64,000 nt of DNA, taken from Candidatus Saccharibacteria bacterium UBA6824. Lineage in GTDB: Bacteria; Patescibacteriota; Saccharimonadia; Saccharimonadales; UBA10212. The notes under the pieces were generated by a model that worked only from the letters and a program-made list of their open reading frames with translations, ran no database searches and was not told where the DNA came from. Of this stretch, positions 1 through 6,886 are shown piece by piece (positions within the stretch are counted from its first letter, which is position 1; each line of letters starts with the position of its first letter). Location of the stretch: assembly GCA_002452155.1 (NCBI GenBank), contig DKEK01000005.1, forward strand, positions 70,675-134,674, read 5' to 3'. The translations under genes were made by a program, and so were the position numbers.

Positions 1-94
1 CTTCATCGGTACGAACTTTGACCCGCACCAAGCTGTTATAGATGAGGACGATAGCCAGCAAAACAACGCCGACAGCAATTAACGCAATGACCAT
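1..94 (-). CDS. LemA-family membrane protein, N-terminal fragment (continues off left edge)
   Basis: ATG at 94..92 on minus strand. Translation is MVIALIAVGVVLLAIVLIYNSLVRVKVRTDE, a TM helix followed by the YNxLV motif typical of LemA. Only 31 codons are visible. Confidence 0.45.
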   Translation of the reverse strand, partial: MVIALIAVGVVLLAIVLIYNSLVRVKVRTDE

Positions 95-141
95 TGAATA
101 TTTACCTCCTTATAGGCTTCTCCTTAAATTATACATCAAGT

Positions 142-1332
142 ATGATGAGCCTTAGCATGAGTCCAAACAAAATCGTGCTTTTGGTGGTTTTATTTTTGCT
201 GGCAGTTGGATTTTATCAATACAGGCGGCCCACCTCCCCTGTGGCGGCAGTCCCAGCAACCAGCACGGCCAAAACAAGCGCGGCCATAGACTTGCCCTGG
301 CCGGCTTATGGACAAGGGGCGCTGGCAACCCAAGACCTTGGGCTACTGCAGAAGCATGGCGAACAAAAAGCCGTTCCGATAGCCTCTGTCGCCAAAGTAG
401 TAACCGCGCTGGCCGTATTGAAGCAAAAACCGCTGGCCGTAGGCCAACAGGGGCCAACTATCACTATAAACAGCGGCGATGTAGCGATTTATAATTCCTA
501 CTATTCCCAGGGTGGTTCGGTAGTTAAGGTCGAGAACGGCGAGCAGCTGAGCCAGCTTGAGGCATTGCAAGCCCTGCTTATACCATCTGCCAATAATATT
601 GCCGACACATTGGCTATTTGGGCTTTTGGCTCGATGGATAATTACCTATCTTACGCTAATAAAATGGTCGCCGGTATGCATCTTGGTTCAACCAAAATTG
701 CCGATGCCAGCGGGCTATCGCCCCAAACGCTTAGCACTGCCGAAGACTTGGTTAAATTGGGTCTAGTTGCCATTGAAAATCCAGTGCTGGTTAGCCTTGT
801 CGCCCAGCAAACGGCTAGCTTGCCGGTTGCTGGTAGCGTCAAGAATGTCAACTGGCTGTTGGGGGAAGACGGCGTGGTGGGCATCAAAACCGGTAACACC
901 GATGAAGCCGGCGGCTGTTTCTTATTCGTCGCTAGGCGCAGTATTGCCGGCCAAACCGTATCCTTGATTGGAGCCTTAATGCAGGCGCCTGACCTCAACA
1001 CTGTTATCGCCGACTCCCGCAGACTAATCCGGGCTAGTGATGGCGGGTTCGAAACTGTTAAAGCCGTCGCCAAAGGCCAGGCTGTCGGAACTTATAAAAC
1101 GCCGTGGGGTGCTACTACCAACGCTGTCGCCGATCAGGATTTAAGTCTACTGGCTTGGCGCGGCAGCCAGATCCAAGTCACTGCTAAATTGAGTGAGGTT
1201 AAGGCGCCGGCCAAAGCCGGCGCCGTTGTTGGCTTGCTATCAGTAGCCAGCGGTCAAAAAACTACCTCCGTTCCAGCCGTTTTGAAAAGTGGCATATCTA
1301 GCCCACCCTGGTACTGGCGCCTCCTGCACTAA
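142..1332 (+). CDS. serine-type D-Ala-D-Ala carboxypeptidase (PBP5/6-like, peptidase S11)
   Basis: ORF track 94..1332. The ordered active-site motifs SxxK (SVAK), SxN (SANN) and KTG (KTGNT) are present, with an N-terminal TM anchor. Start placed at ATG 142 (MMSLSM...) because 94 abuts the divergent LemA start; the start is uncertain. Confidence 0.8.
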   Translation: MMSLSMSPNKIVLLVVLFLLAVGFYQYRRPTSPVAAVPATSTAKTSAAIDLPWPAYGQGALATQDLGLLQKHGEQKAVPIASVAKVVTALAVLKQKPLAVGQQGPTITINSGDVAIYNSYYSQGGSVVKVENGEQLSQLEALQALLIPSANNIADTLAIWAFGSMDNYLSYANKMVAGMHLGSTKIADASGLSPQTLSTAEDLVKLGLVAIENPVLVSLVAQQTASLPVAGSVKNVNWLLGEDGVVGIKTGNTDEAGGCFLFVARRSIAGQTVSLIGALMQAPDLNTVIADSRRLIRASDGGFETVKAVAKGQAVGTYKTPWGATTNAVADQDLSLLAWRGSQIQVTAKLSEVKAPAKAGAVVGLLSVASGQKTTSVPAVLKSGISSPPWYWRLLH

Positions 1333-1348
1333 GGAGAGGTTGAAGTTG

Positions 1349-1366
1349 GTTGCGACGTGGTGGGCG
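1349..1366 (-). repeat. 18-nt exact copy of the tRNA-Val 3' end plus trailer (CGCCCACCACGTCGCAAC)
   Basis: The minus-strand reading is identical to 13832..13849 (+), which covers the last 9 nt of tRNA-Val(TAC) and 9 nt of its trailer. No complete tRNA can be folded around this copy. Confidence 0.8.
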
Positions 1367-1419
1367 AAAGAGGACAGCGCTCCGGCTATCGCGCGGGGCT
1401 AACCTCCACAGCCTATTTT

Positions 1420-1506
1420 TGGTGGCGCAGAAAGGACTTGAACCTTCACGGGCGTAAGCCCACTACGTCCTGAACGTAGCGTGTATACCAATTTCACCAC
1501 TGCGCC
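1420..1506 (-). tRNA. tRNA-Leu(CAG)
   Basis: Hand-folded cloverleaf. Acceptor stem GGCGCAG/CTGCGCC, encoded ACCA end, anticodon loop TTCAGGA (CAG), long variable arm, T-loop GGTTCAAGTCC. Confidence 0.9.
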
Positions 1507-1516
1507 ATCAAAATTA

Positions 1517-1752
1517 TTATACTAGTGATTTTAGATATTCTTTACCAGCACCGGACTTTAAATACTTCTCTCTTGTACGGGCAGCGAGACGACTCGCACA
1601 TGTTTCTTGATAGATAATCCTAAAAGGCGCATATGATCGAGTCGTTCTTTCATGCCCTTGATTATGTCGCTTGACACGTCTATCAAGGTCACTAGTCAAG
1701 CCACGTATATATAGTTTTTAGTTAGGCTTTTCAGTGCATAAACTTTGTACAT
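1517..1752 (-). pseudogene. GIY-YIG (COG2827/YhbQ-like URI-domain) nuclease gene with a 1-nt frameshift
   Basis: ATG at 1752 gives MYKVYALKSLTKNYIYVA followed by a stop. The -1 frame continues (G)LTSDLDRRVKRHNQGHERTTRSYAPF...REKYLKSGAGKEYLKSLV (track ORF 1517..1699). Restoring one G near 1700-1704 (GTGGC to GTGGGC) would give a canonical YIYVGLTSDL GIY-YIG core. It could instead be a sequencing error. Confidence 0.6.
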
Positions 1753-1775
1753 AATCTATGTCCAATCGTAGCGCG

Positions 1776-1817
1776 CCTGCCTGCCGCCTGCCTACCGGCA
1801 GGCAGGCGGCAGGCAGG
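1776..1817. repeat. 42-nt perfect hairpin, extended copy of the CCTGCC...GGCAGG palindrome family
   Basis: CCTGCCTGCCGCCTGCCT-ACCGGC-AGGCAGGCGGCAGGCAGG, with an 18-bp perfect stem. The core CCTGCCTACCGGCAGGCAGG is identical to the copy at 34952..34971. Confidence 0.9.
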
Positions 1818-1917
1818 TCTACCAATTCCGCCATTCGCCCGGAATAACTGTATTCAGTTTAACAGATAGAATATTAACTCATGCTATGATATTAGCGAAT
1901 GATCTAAGGGGTTATAT

Positions 1918-3546
1918 TTGAATAAAATCGCGCATTATTTGCAGGGACATATCGCCGGAGAAGTTACTTCTAACCCGGATGCTAGGCGGTACTTTGCGCA
2001 TGATGCCAGTATCTTAGAAATAGTTCCAACGGCTATTGTTTACCCGCGTAATGAAAACGACGTCCGCAAAAGTATTCGTTTCGCCTGGCAGCTCGCTGGA
2101 CGTGGTAGAAAACTACCTATCACGCCGCGCGGTATGGGTAGCGGCACCTCGGGTTCCGCGATCGGTAGCGGTATTGTTTTGGTTTTCCCGGCCCACATGA
2201 ATAAAGTTGTCTCACTGGATACCAAGAAGCGCACAATGTCTGCCCAACCGGGCGCCAACTTTGGGGCGCTTTTGCAAATGCTCCAAACTCACGGCCTGTT
2301 TTTGCCGCCTTATCCTGCGTCAAAAGATTACGCGACCATCGGCGGCGCTGTGGCTAATAATGCCATTGGCGAAAAATCGGTCAAATATGGGGCCATGGCC
2401 GATTTTGTTCAAAGTCTGCGGGTAGTGCTGAGCAATGGCGAGCTTATTGAAACCGGCCCCTTGAGCCAAAAAGAACTCAGCCACAAGATGGGGTTGCAGA
2501 CTTTGGAGGGCGAAATTTATCGCTTGATTGACGCCCTACTTGAAGAAAATGCCCACCTTTTGCCGGTTGGCCGGGAGCGCCTTAAAGCCCGCTTTAGCAG
2601 CATCGGCTATAACATCTTTGACGTCAAAAAAAATGGTCAGTTCGATTTAACACCTTTATTTACCGGTTCATTGGGTACATTGGGGGTCATTACGGAAGTC
2701 ACGTTTAGGGTTGCTCCGCACCACCCGCGCACCACCCAAATGCTGGTCAGCCTGGAAGAACTTGAGGACTTAGGCGATATCCTACCGAGTCTTTTGGACC
2801 TCAAGCCAAGTATGGCCGATATGCTCAGCCGCGCAGCCGTCCAACAAATCCTGGAGCTTAACCCTAATCAATTGTCTGACTTATCAATGCCTCATGAGGC
2901 TTTCATGCACTTGTTTATTGAGTTTGACGACTCGAAAGAGGCCGATAGAAAGAAAAAAGTAAAACATCTGCAAAAAATTGTCGATGGGCTTGGTGCATGG
3001 TCAGAAGTTTATGAAGATTTGCAGAGCCAGGAGCGCCTACGCAAACTGAGTGGCAGCGTAGCAATACTTCTCCAGCCGCAGGGCCCAGCTGTAGCCACGC
3101 CAATAGCCGAAGATATCTCTGTCCCGGTGGACAAGCTGGCCGACTTTCTGAAGAAAATCCAGCTGGTCTACCGCGAGGTTGGCCTGCCTCCCGCCCTCTG
3201 GGGTCAAGCCGGTATCGGCGTAGTACGGATGTGGCCGGCGCTGGATCTGGGACAAACCGGTGACCGCCAGAAACTGTTTAAGATCCAGGGTAGCCTGTAC
3301 GCCGCGGCTGTGCGCCATGGCGGCAGCATTAGCGCATCAGCCGGGGACGGCCGGGTCCGGGCCCCTTATAGCCCCATGGTCTACGGCCCGGAGGTTCATG
3401 CTCTAATGCTGAGCGTCAAAAAGATATTCGACCCGCGAGGGATTTTAAATCCTGGTGTAAAGACCGCTTCAACAGAAGAAATAAAAGTTCTAATGCGAAG
3501 TAGTTATAGTTTGTCCAATTTTTACGACTATCTGCCCCGAAGTTAA
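1918..3546 (+). CDS. FAD-linked oxidase (GlcD / D-lactate dehydrogenase-like, PCMH-type FAD-binding domain)
   Basis: 542-aa ORF with TTG start. The N-terminal FAD-binding region (PRGMGSGTSGSAIG) and C-terminal FAD-oxidase domain ending ...KKIFDPRGILNPG are typical of the GlcD family. Confidence 0.75.
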   Translation: MNKIAHYLQGHIAGEVTSNPDARRYFAHDASILEIVPTAIVYPRNENDVRKSIRFAWQLAGRGRKLPITPRGMGSGTSGSAIGSGIVLVFPAHMNKVVSLDTKKRTMSAQPGANFGALLQMLQTHGLFLPPYPASKDYATIGGAVANNAIGEKSVKYGAMADFVQSLRVVLSNGELIETGPLSQKELSHKMGLQTLEGEIYRLIDALLEENAHLLPVGRERLKARFSSIGYNIFDVKKNGQFDLTPLFTGSLGTLGVITEVTFRVAPHHPRTTQMLVSLEELEDLGDILPSLLDLKPSMADMLSRAAVQQILELNPNQLSDLSMPHEAFMHLFIEFDDSKEADRKKKVKHLQKIVDGLGAWSEVYEDLQSQERLRKLSGSVAILLQPQGPAVATPIAEDISVPVDKLADFLKKIQLVYREVGLPPALWGQAGIGVVRMWPALDLGQTGDRQKLFKIQGSLYAAAVRHGGSISASAGDGRVRAPYSPMVYGPEVHALMLSVKKIFDPRGILNPGVKTASTEEIKVLMRSSYSLSNFYDYLPRS

Positions 3547-3602
3547 TGCGCTCGTGCTTGCCGGACCTATACCTCTGTACTGTAGTAGAATATATCTGGT
3601 AC

Positions 3603-3676
3603 GGCGCGATGGCCGAGGAGTTAGGCAAAGGTCTGCAAAACCTTTTACACGGGTGCGAATCCCGTTCGCGCCTCCA
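3603..3676 (+). tRNA. tRNA-Cys(GCA)
   Basis: Acceptor stem GGCGCGA/TCGCGCC, anticodon stem AAGGT/ACCTT with loop CTGCAAA, T arm ACGGG-TGCGAAT-CCCGT, encoded CCA. Confidence 0.9.
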
Positions 3677-3679
3677 CCT

Positions 3680-3764
3680 GGGCGGGTGGCGGAATTGGTA
3701 TACGCTGCGGACTTAAAATCCGTTGCCGCAAGGCTTGAGGGTTCGAGTCCCTCCCCGCCCACCA
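3680..3764 (+). tRNA. tRNA-Leu(TAA)
   Basis: Acceptor stem GGGCGGG/CCCGCCC, anticodon loop CTTAAAA, long variable arm, T arm GAGGG-TTCGAGT-CCCTC, encoded CCA. It lies 3 nt after tRNA-Cys. Confidence 0.9.
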
Positions 3765-3848
3765 CGTCAGAATTCTTTACGACCAAACATCAAAAAGGCG
3801 CAATCAAGTGGTGCCTTTTTTGTTTGGTCTAGCATGATTCTTCCTTTT

Positions 3849-3876
3849 CCGTTTTACGTAGCTCCCCGTAAAACGG
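3849..3876. repeat. conserved hairpin CCGTTTTACG-N8-CGTAAAACGG (copy 1 of 2)
   Basis: 10-bp stem. The ~35-nt context CCTTTTCCGTTTTACGTAGCTCCCCGTAAAACGGGTTA is nearly identical to 13920..13955. Both copies lie about 85 nt downstream of a tRNA whose 3' end reads CCCACCACGTC. Confidence 0.8.
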
Positions 3877-3976
3877 GTTAGCCACAGGGCTCAAGTTGCA
3901 TTCAAAGATTGCATAATTTATAAATAAACGTTATCGTAAGGATACTAAACATAAGCGGTGGGTAGAGGGGATATTT

Positions 3977-4123
3977 ATGTCCTGGGATTGGAGCTCACCT
4001 ATCGCTCTTGGCCTGTTTCTGCTCATGGCAAGCGTGGCGCTTGTCGGCGTCAGCGTAGCCATCGCGGTTGTCAGCGGCCGAGCCAAAGTCGCTGATCTAC
4101 CAGCATTCGCCTTCTGGCGCTAA
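3977..4123 (+). CDS. small hydrophobic protein (48 aa), hypothetical
   Basis: Not in the track because it is under 60 aa. GGTAGAGGGG lies upstream of the ATG. Translation is MSWDWSSPIALGLFLLMASVALVGVSVAIAVVSGRAKVADLPAFAFWR (one TM helix). A hairpin plus T-run follows at about 4141-4176. Confidence 0.4.
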   Translation: MSWDWSSPIALGLFLLMASVALVGVSVAIAVVSGRAKVADLPAFAFWR

Positions 4124-4277
4124 ATTTCTATTCTCGAGAATAAAAAATCCCCGCTCATTGTGGCCGGGATTTTTTATATTTGCTATACTTACCCCTGTTC
4201 TCAGTCTAATCCAATTTTGTGAAAACCCGCTTTAGCAGTTTTTACGAAATTGAAAGGAGTCCGCCTAGGCGGACGAC

Positions 4278-4354
4278 GCGGGTGTAGCTCAGTTGTTTAG
4301 AGCGCGTCCTTGCCAAGGACGAGGCCAGGGGTTAGAGTCCCCTCACCCGCACCA
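4278..4354 (+). tRNA. tRNA-Gly(GCC)
   Basis: Acceptor stem GCGGGTG/CACCCGC, anticodon stem CGTCC/GGACG with loop TTGCCAA, encoded CCA. A perfect 16-bp palindrome GTCCGCCTAGGCGGAC (4259..4274) precedes it. Confidence 0.9.
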
Positions 4355-4435
4355 TCCTACTTCGCGTAAAGCTTCGTAGGATTTGTGCGAAGTAGGATGC
4401 CCTCCATAGCCTTTTGGCGACGGAGGGCTTATTGT

Positions 4436-4681
4436 ATGACTATGTTTTACGTATATCTACTTAGGAGTCTTAATTATAACCAGACTTATGTCGGTTTCTC
4501 GAGAGACGTCCAAATAAGATTAAATCACCACAACGAAGGAAAAAGTCCGCATACAAGCAAATACAAACCCTGGAAACTGGTAACGTATTTTGGTTTTGAA
4601 TCTGAATCAAGAGCAAGGGAATTTGAGAAGTACCTAAAAACAGGATCGGGCATTGCTTTTGCCAGAAGACATCTTTTTTAG
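4436..4681 (+). CDS. GIY-YIG (COG2827/YhbQ-like URI-domain) nuclease
   Basis: Translation is M(T)MFYVYLLRSLNYNQTYVGFSRDVQIRLNHHNEGKSPHTSKYKPWKLVTYFGFESESRAREFEKYLKTGSGIAFARRHLF, a canonical small GIY-YIG layout. The track ORF starts at 4385; ATG 4436 or 4442 is the more likely start. Confidence 0.75.
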   Translation: MTMFYVYLLRSLNYNQTYVGFSRDVQIRLNHHNEGKSPHTSKYKPWKLVTYFGFESESRAREFEKYLKTGSGIAFARRHLF

Positions 4682-4718
4682 TTCCACCTGCCCGCCGAAG
4701 CTTTAGCGTAGGGTGGGT

Positions 4719-4740
4719 CACCCGCACCAAGCATAAGTAT
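4719..4740 (+). repeat. att-like junction: second copy of tRNA-Gly 3' end (TCACCCGCACCA) overlapping left copy of 17-bp direct repeat GCACCAAGCATAAGTAT
   Basis: TCACCCGCACCA at 4719..4730 repeats 4343..4354, the tRNA-Gly 3' end. GCACCAAGCATAAGTAT at 4724..4740 is repeated exactly at 6309..6325. Confidence 0.85.
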
Positions 4741-4806
4741 TATGACCTCTGTTTATTCAGGGGTTTTTTATTTAGGTATATACTGAGATTAAGGTTAATA
4801 GACACA

Positions 4807-6186
4807 ATGAGCAACAAACGACCTCTGCTAAAAGCCTTGAGGCAGACCATGATTCAAGATGTACCGGCTTACGCCAACAAGTTTTTCTACTCCCTTGGAT
4901 TTCTGTCGATGACTTGTTTTATGATTCTGCTCGTGACGGGAGTCGTAATGGCGGGTTTCGGTCCCGATTGGTGGCTGACTAGCGGGATTGGCAGATACTT
5001 TCGCAGTGTCCATCTTTGGGCCACCCAAGCTTTTGTACTGTTTATTATTCTGCATCTTCTGATTGTATTTTTGACTTCCGGCTTTAAAAAACCGCGGCGT
5101 TTGACTTGGGTAATAGGTGCCATAATGTTCTTCTTCGTGATAGCCGAAGCCGAGTTTGGTTATGTACTGCGGGGCGATTTTTCCGGCCAATGGCGCTCTC
5201 TACAAGGAGCCGATTTCTATAACGGTACTGGCATCGGCGCCTGGATTAACAATATTAACTACCGACAGATTTATGGCATTCATGTTGTAGCAATTCCGAT
5301 TATCCTGCTGGGGCTGCTGTTTTTACACTACTTACGAATACGTATCTTGGGCATTGCCGAGCCCTACCGGAAAGACGTTCATGTGCCGACAGTTAGGGCA
5401 AACCACAAGGCGCTGTTTGTCCGGGGTGGTGTACTAATAGGACTAATCTTAGCCTTGTCTGTTTTATTGCCATCACCATTTTTGGAACCTAACACCGCTA
5501 AACAAGTCGCCGCCAGCGACCCTAAACTGGTAGGCCAAACTCTCATAAAAGAATTTGACCGCTCTTCCGACACCGCGGGGTATCTCGATAGTATTGACCC
5601 CTATAAATATGATACAAGGAGTATTTATGTAGAGCAGCCATATGCTCAGTTGTCTAGCCTGTTACATACGCCAAACTTGCTGCAAAAATATAATTCTGAG
5701 CCGCAGGCTTTGCAGGACTCTCAACTGAAAGCTGCCCAAGACTACTTTGATAATGCCTACCCGGCCAAAGCCGATGCTAACAACCCGCTTGAGCCAGTCG
5801 TAATATCTTTGATAAACATGGCTTCAGCCGGGCTGTACCAGCCGGCGCTTAACTCGGCTAGCCCGTCGGGCGACCAAACGACCTACGGCCTGCGTTTTTT
5901 GGCCGACACCGGTGTCATGGATGACCGGGCGCAAGCTCTAGGCATTACCACCGACCAATATGGTATGCTGCGCGAAGAAAAGGGGCGTATTCCCCCCGGT
6001 GCTTGGTGGCTAGCGCCAATCGGCCTGCTTAATCATACCGTACTGGCTCATGACGATAACGGTGACCGAGACGGTGCCATAATCATGGGGTTATTCTTAC
6101 TGTTACTTATTGCATTCCCTTACATACCAGGCTTAAACCGACTGCCCGAGTGGCTGAAGGTCTCCAAACTAATTTGGCGTGTATAG
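4807..6186 (+). CDS. di-haem cytochrome b N-terminal-domain protein fused to an unknown ~200-aa domain and a C-terminal TM helix
   Basis: 459 aa. The cytochrome b/b6 N-terminal pattern is present: FYSLGFLS..., helix B HLWATQAFVLFIILH (H-x13-H), helix D HVVAIPIILLGLLFLH (H-x14-H), and WVIGAIMFF...GYVL between them. No Rieske or cytochrome c partner gene is adjacent. Confidence 0.7.
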   Translation: MSNKRPLLKALRQTMIQDVPAYANKFFYSLGFLSMTCFMILLVTGVVMAGFGPDWWLTSGIGRYFRSVHLWATQAFVLFIILHLLIVFLTSGFKKPRRLTWVIGAIMFFFVIAEAEFGYVLRGDFSGQWRSLQGADFYNGTGIGAWINNINYRQIYGIHVVAIPIILLGLLFLHYLRIRILGIAEPYRKDVHVPTVRANHKALFVRGGVLIGLILALSVLLPSPFLEPNTAKQVAASDPKLVGQTLIKEFDRSSDTAGYLDSIDPYKYDTRSIYVEQPYAQLSSLLHTPNLLQKYNSEPQALQDSQLKAAQDYFDNAYPAKADANNPLEPVVISLINMASAGLYQPALNSASPSGDQTTYGLRFLADTGVMDDRAQALGITTDQYGMLREEKGRIPPGAWWLAPIGLLNHTVLAHDDNGDRDGAIIMGLFLLLLIAFPYIPGLNRLPEWLKVSKLIWRV

Positions 6187-6308
6187 TTTCTTACGTGTAA
6201 CTCCCAGCTCTCACTTGGTTAGTAGATACTCCTGATACGGCACTTCCAATATCTTCCTCCACCTCACCATCTCATCCCCAATCAGGTGTAATGATCTTCC
6301 TACTTACT

Positions 6309-6325
6309 GCACCAAGCATAAGTAT
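6309..6325 (+). repeat. right copy of 17-bp direct repeat GCACCAAGCATAAGTAT
   Basis: Exact match to 4724..4740. The two copies bracket only the cytochrome b-like gene. Confidence 0.85.
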
Positions 6326-6338
6326 AATAAGACAGCGT

Positions 6339-6869
6339 TCAAACTGTACGATATTTAATGGTTTTCGTAACTTCCGGATCGACTACATACGTATGGCTCT
6401 TAAAGGTACGGATTGTGAACACATATACCCAGATCAGGCCGTAAAGCAGGCCTAGCACAACTCCAGTGTCAATAATACCCCTCCATGGTTGAGGTAAATA
6501 ACGGACTATTACAACTATCAGAGCAATGCCTACCGTTAAAGACCAACTAGTAATCATACGTTTTCGGGTTGTATGGAAATAACCTATGCAATATAGCGGA
6601 GCTAAAATTAAGTCAATTGGACGACCATGATTAACTAGGTGCCAAGTACGCGCAGCGACACGAGGTGAAAATAGTTTCTGAAAGCCCCGGTAGCCCTCAG
6701 CTACGACCATGAACACACACCAAAGTATCAATACTATCCATTCGAGCGGGGATAACCTTACTTTAAAAGCATCAAAAACGTGAGGCAAAACACGCGCAGT
6801 CGCACTGCCTAGAATGAGCGTAACACCTAAAATACCCCATATCGCGCCAAAGATGTGCGCCACCTTCAA
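6339..6869 (-). CDS. polytopic membrane protein, unknown function
   Basis: 176-aa ORF with about 5 hydrophobic helices. It lies 17 nt downstream of the acidic-protein gene on the same strand. I recognise no motif. Confidence 0.55.
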   Translation of the reverse strand: MKVAHIFGAIWGILGVTLILGSATARVLPHVFDAFKVRLSPLEWIVLILWCVFMVVAEGYRGFQKLFSPRVAARTWHLVNHGRPIDLILAPLYCIGYFHTTRKRMITSWSLTVGIALIVVIVRYLPQPWRGIIDTGVVLGLLYGLIWVYVFTIRTFKSHTYVVDPEVTKTIKYRTV

Positions 6870-6886
6870 AAAATATTTCCTAATAG

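Noticed and set aside
1333-1419. A second tRNA gene between the carboxypeptidase gene and tRNA-Leu(CAG)
   Set aside because: Only the terminal 18 nt match a tRNA (Val) end. No acceptor 5' strand, D arm or T arm can be formed, so it is called a fragment and not a gene.
3490-3832. ORFs 3490..3786 (-) and 3554..3832 (+)
   Set aside because: They run across the tRNA-Cys and tRNA-Leu(TAA) genes, so they are artefacts of the ORF track.
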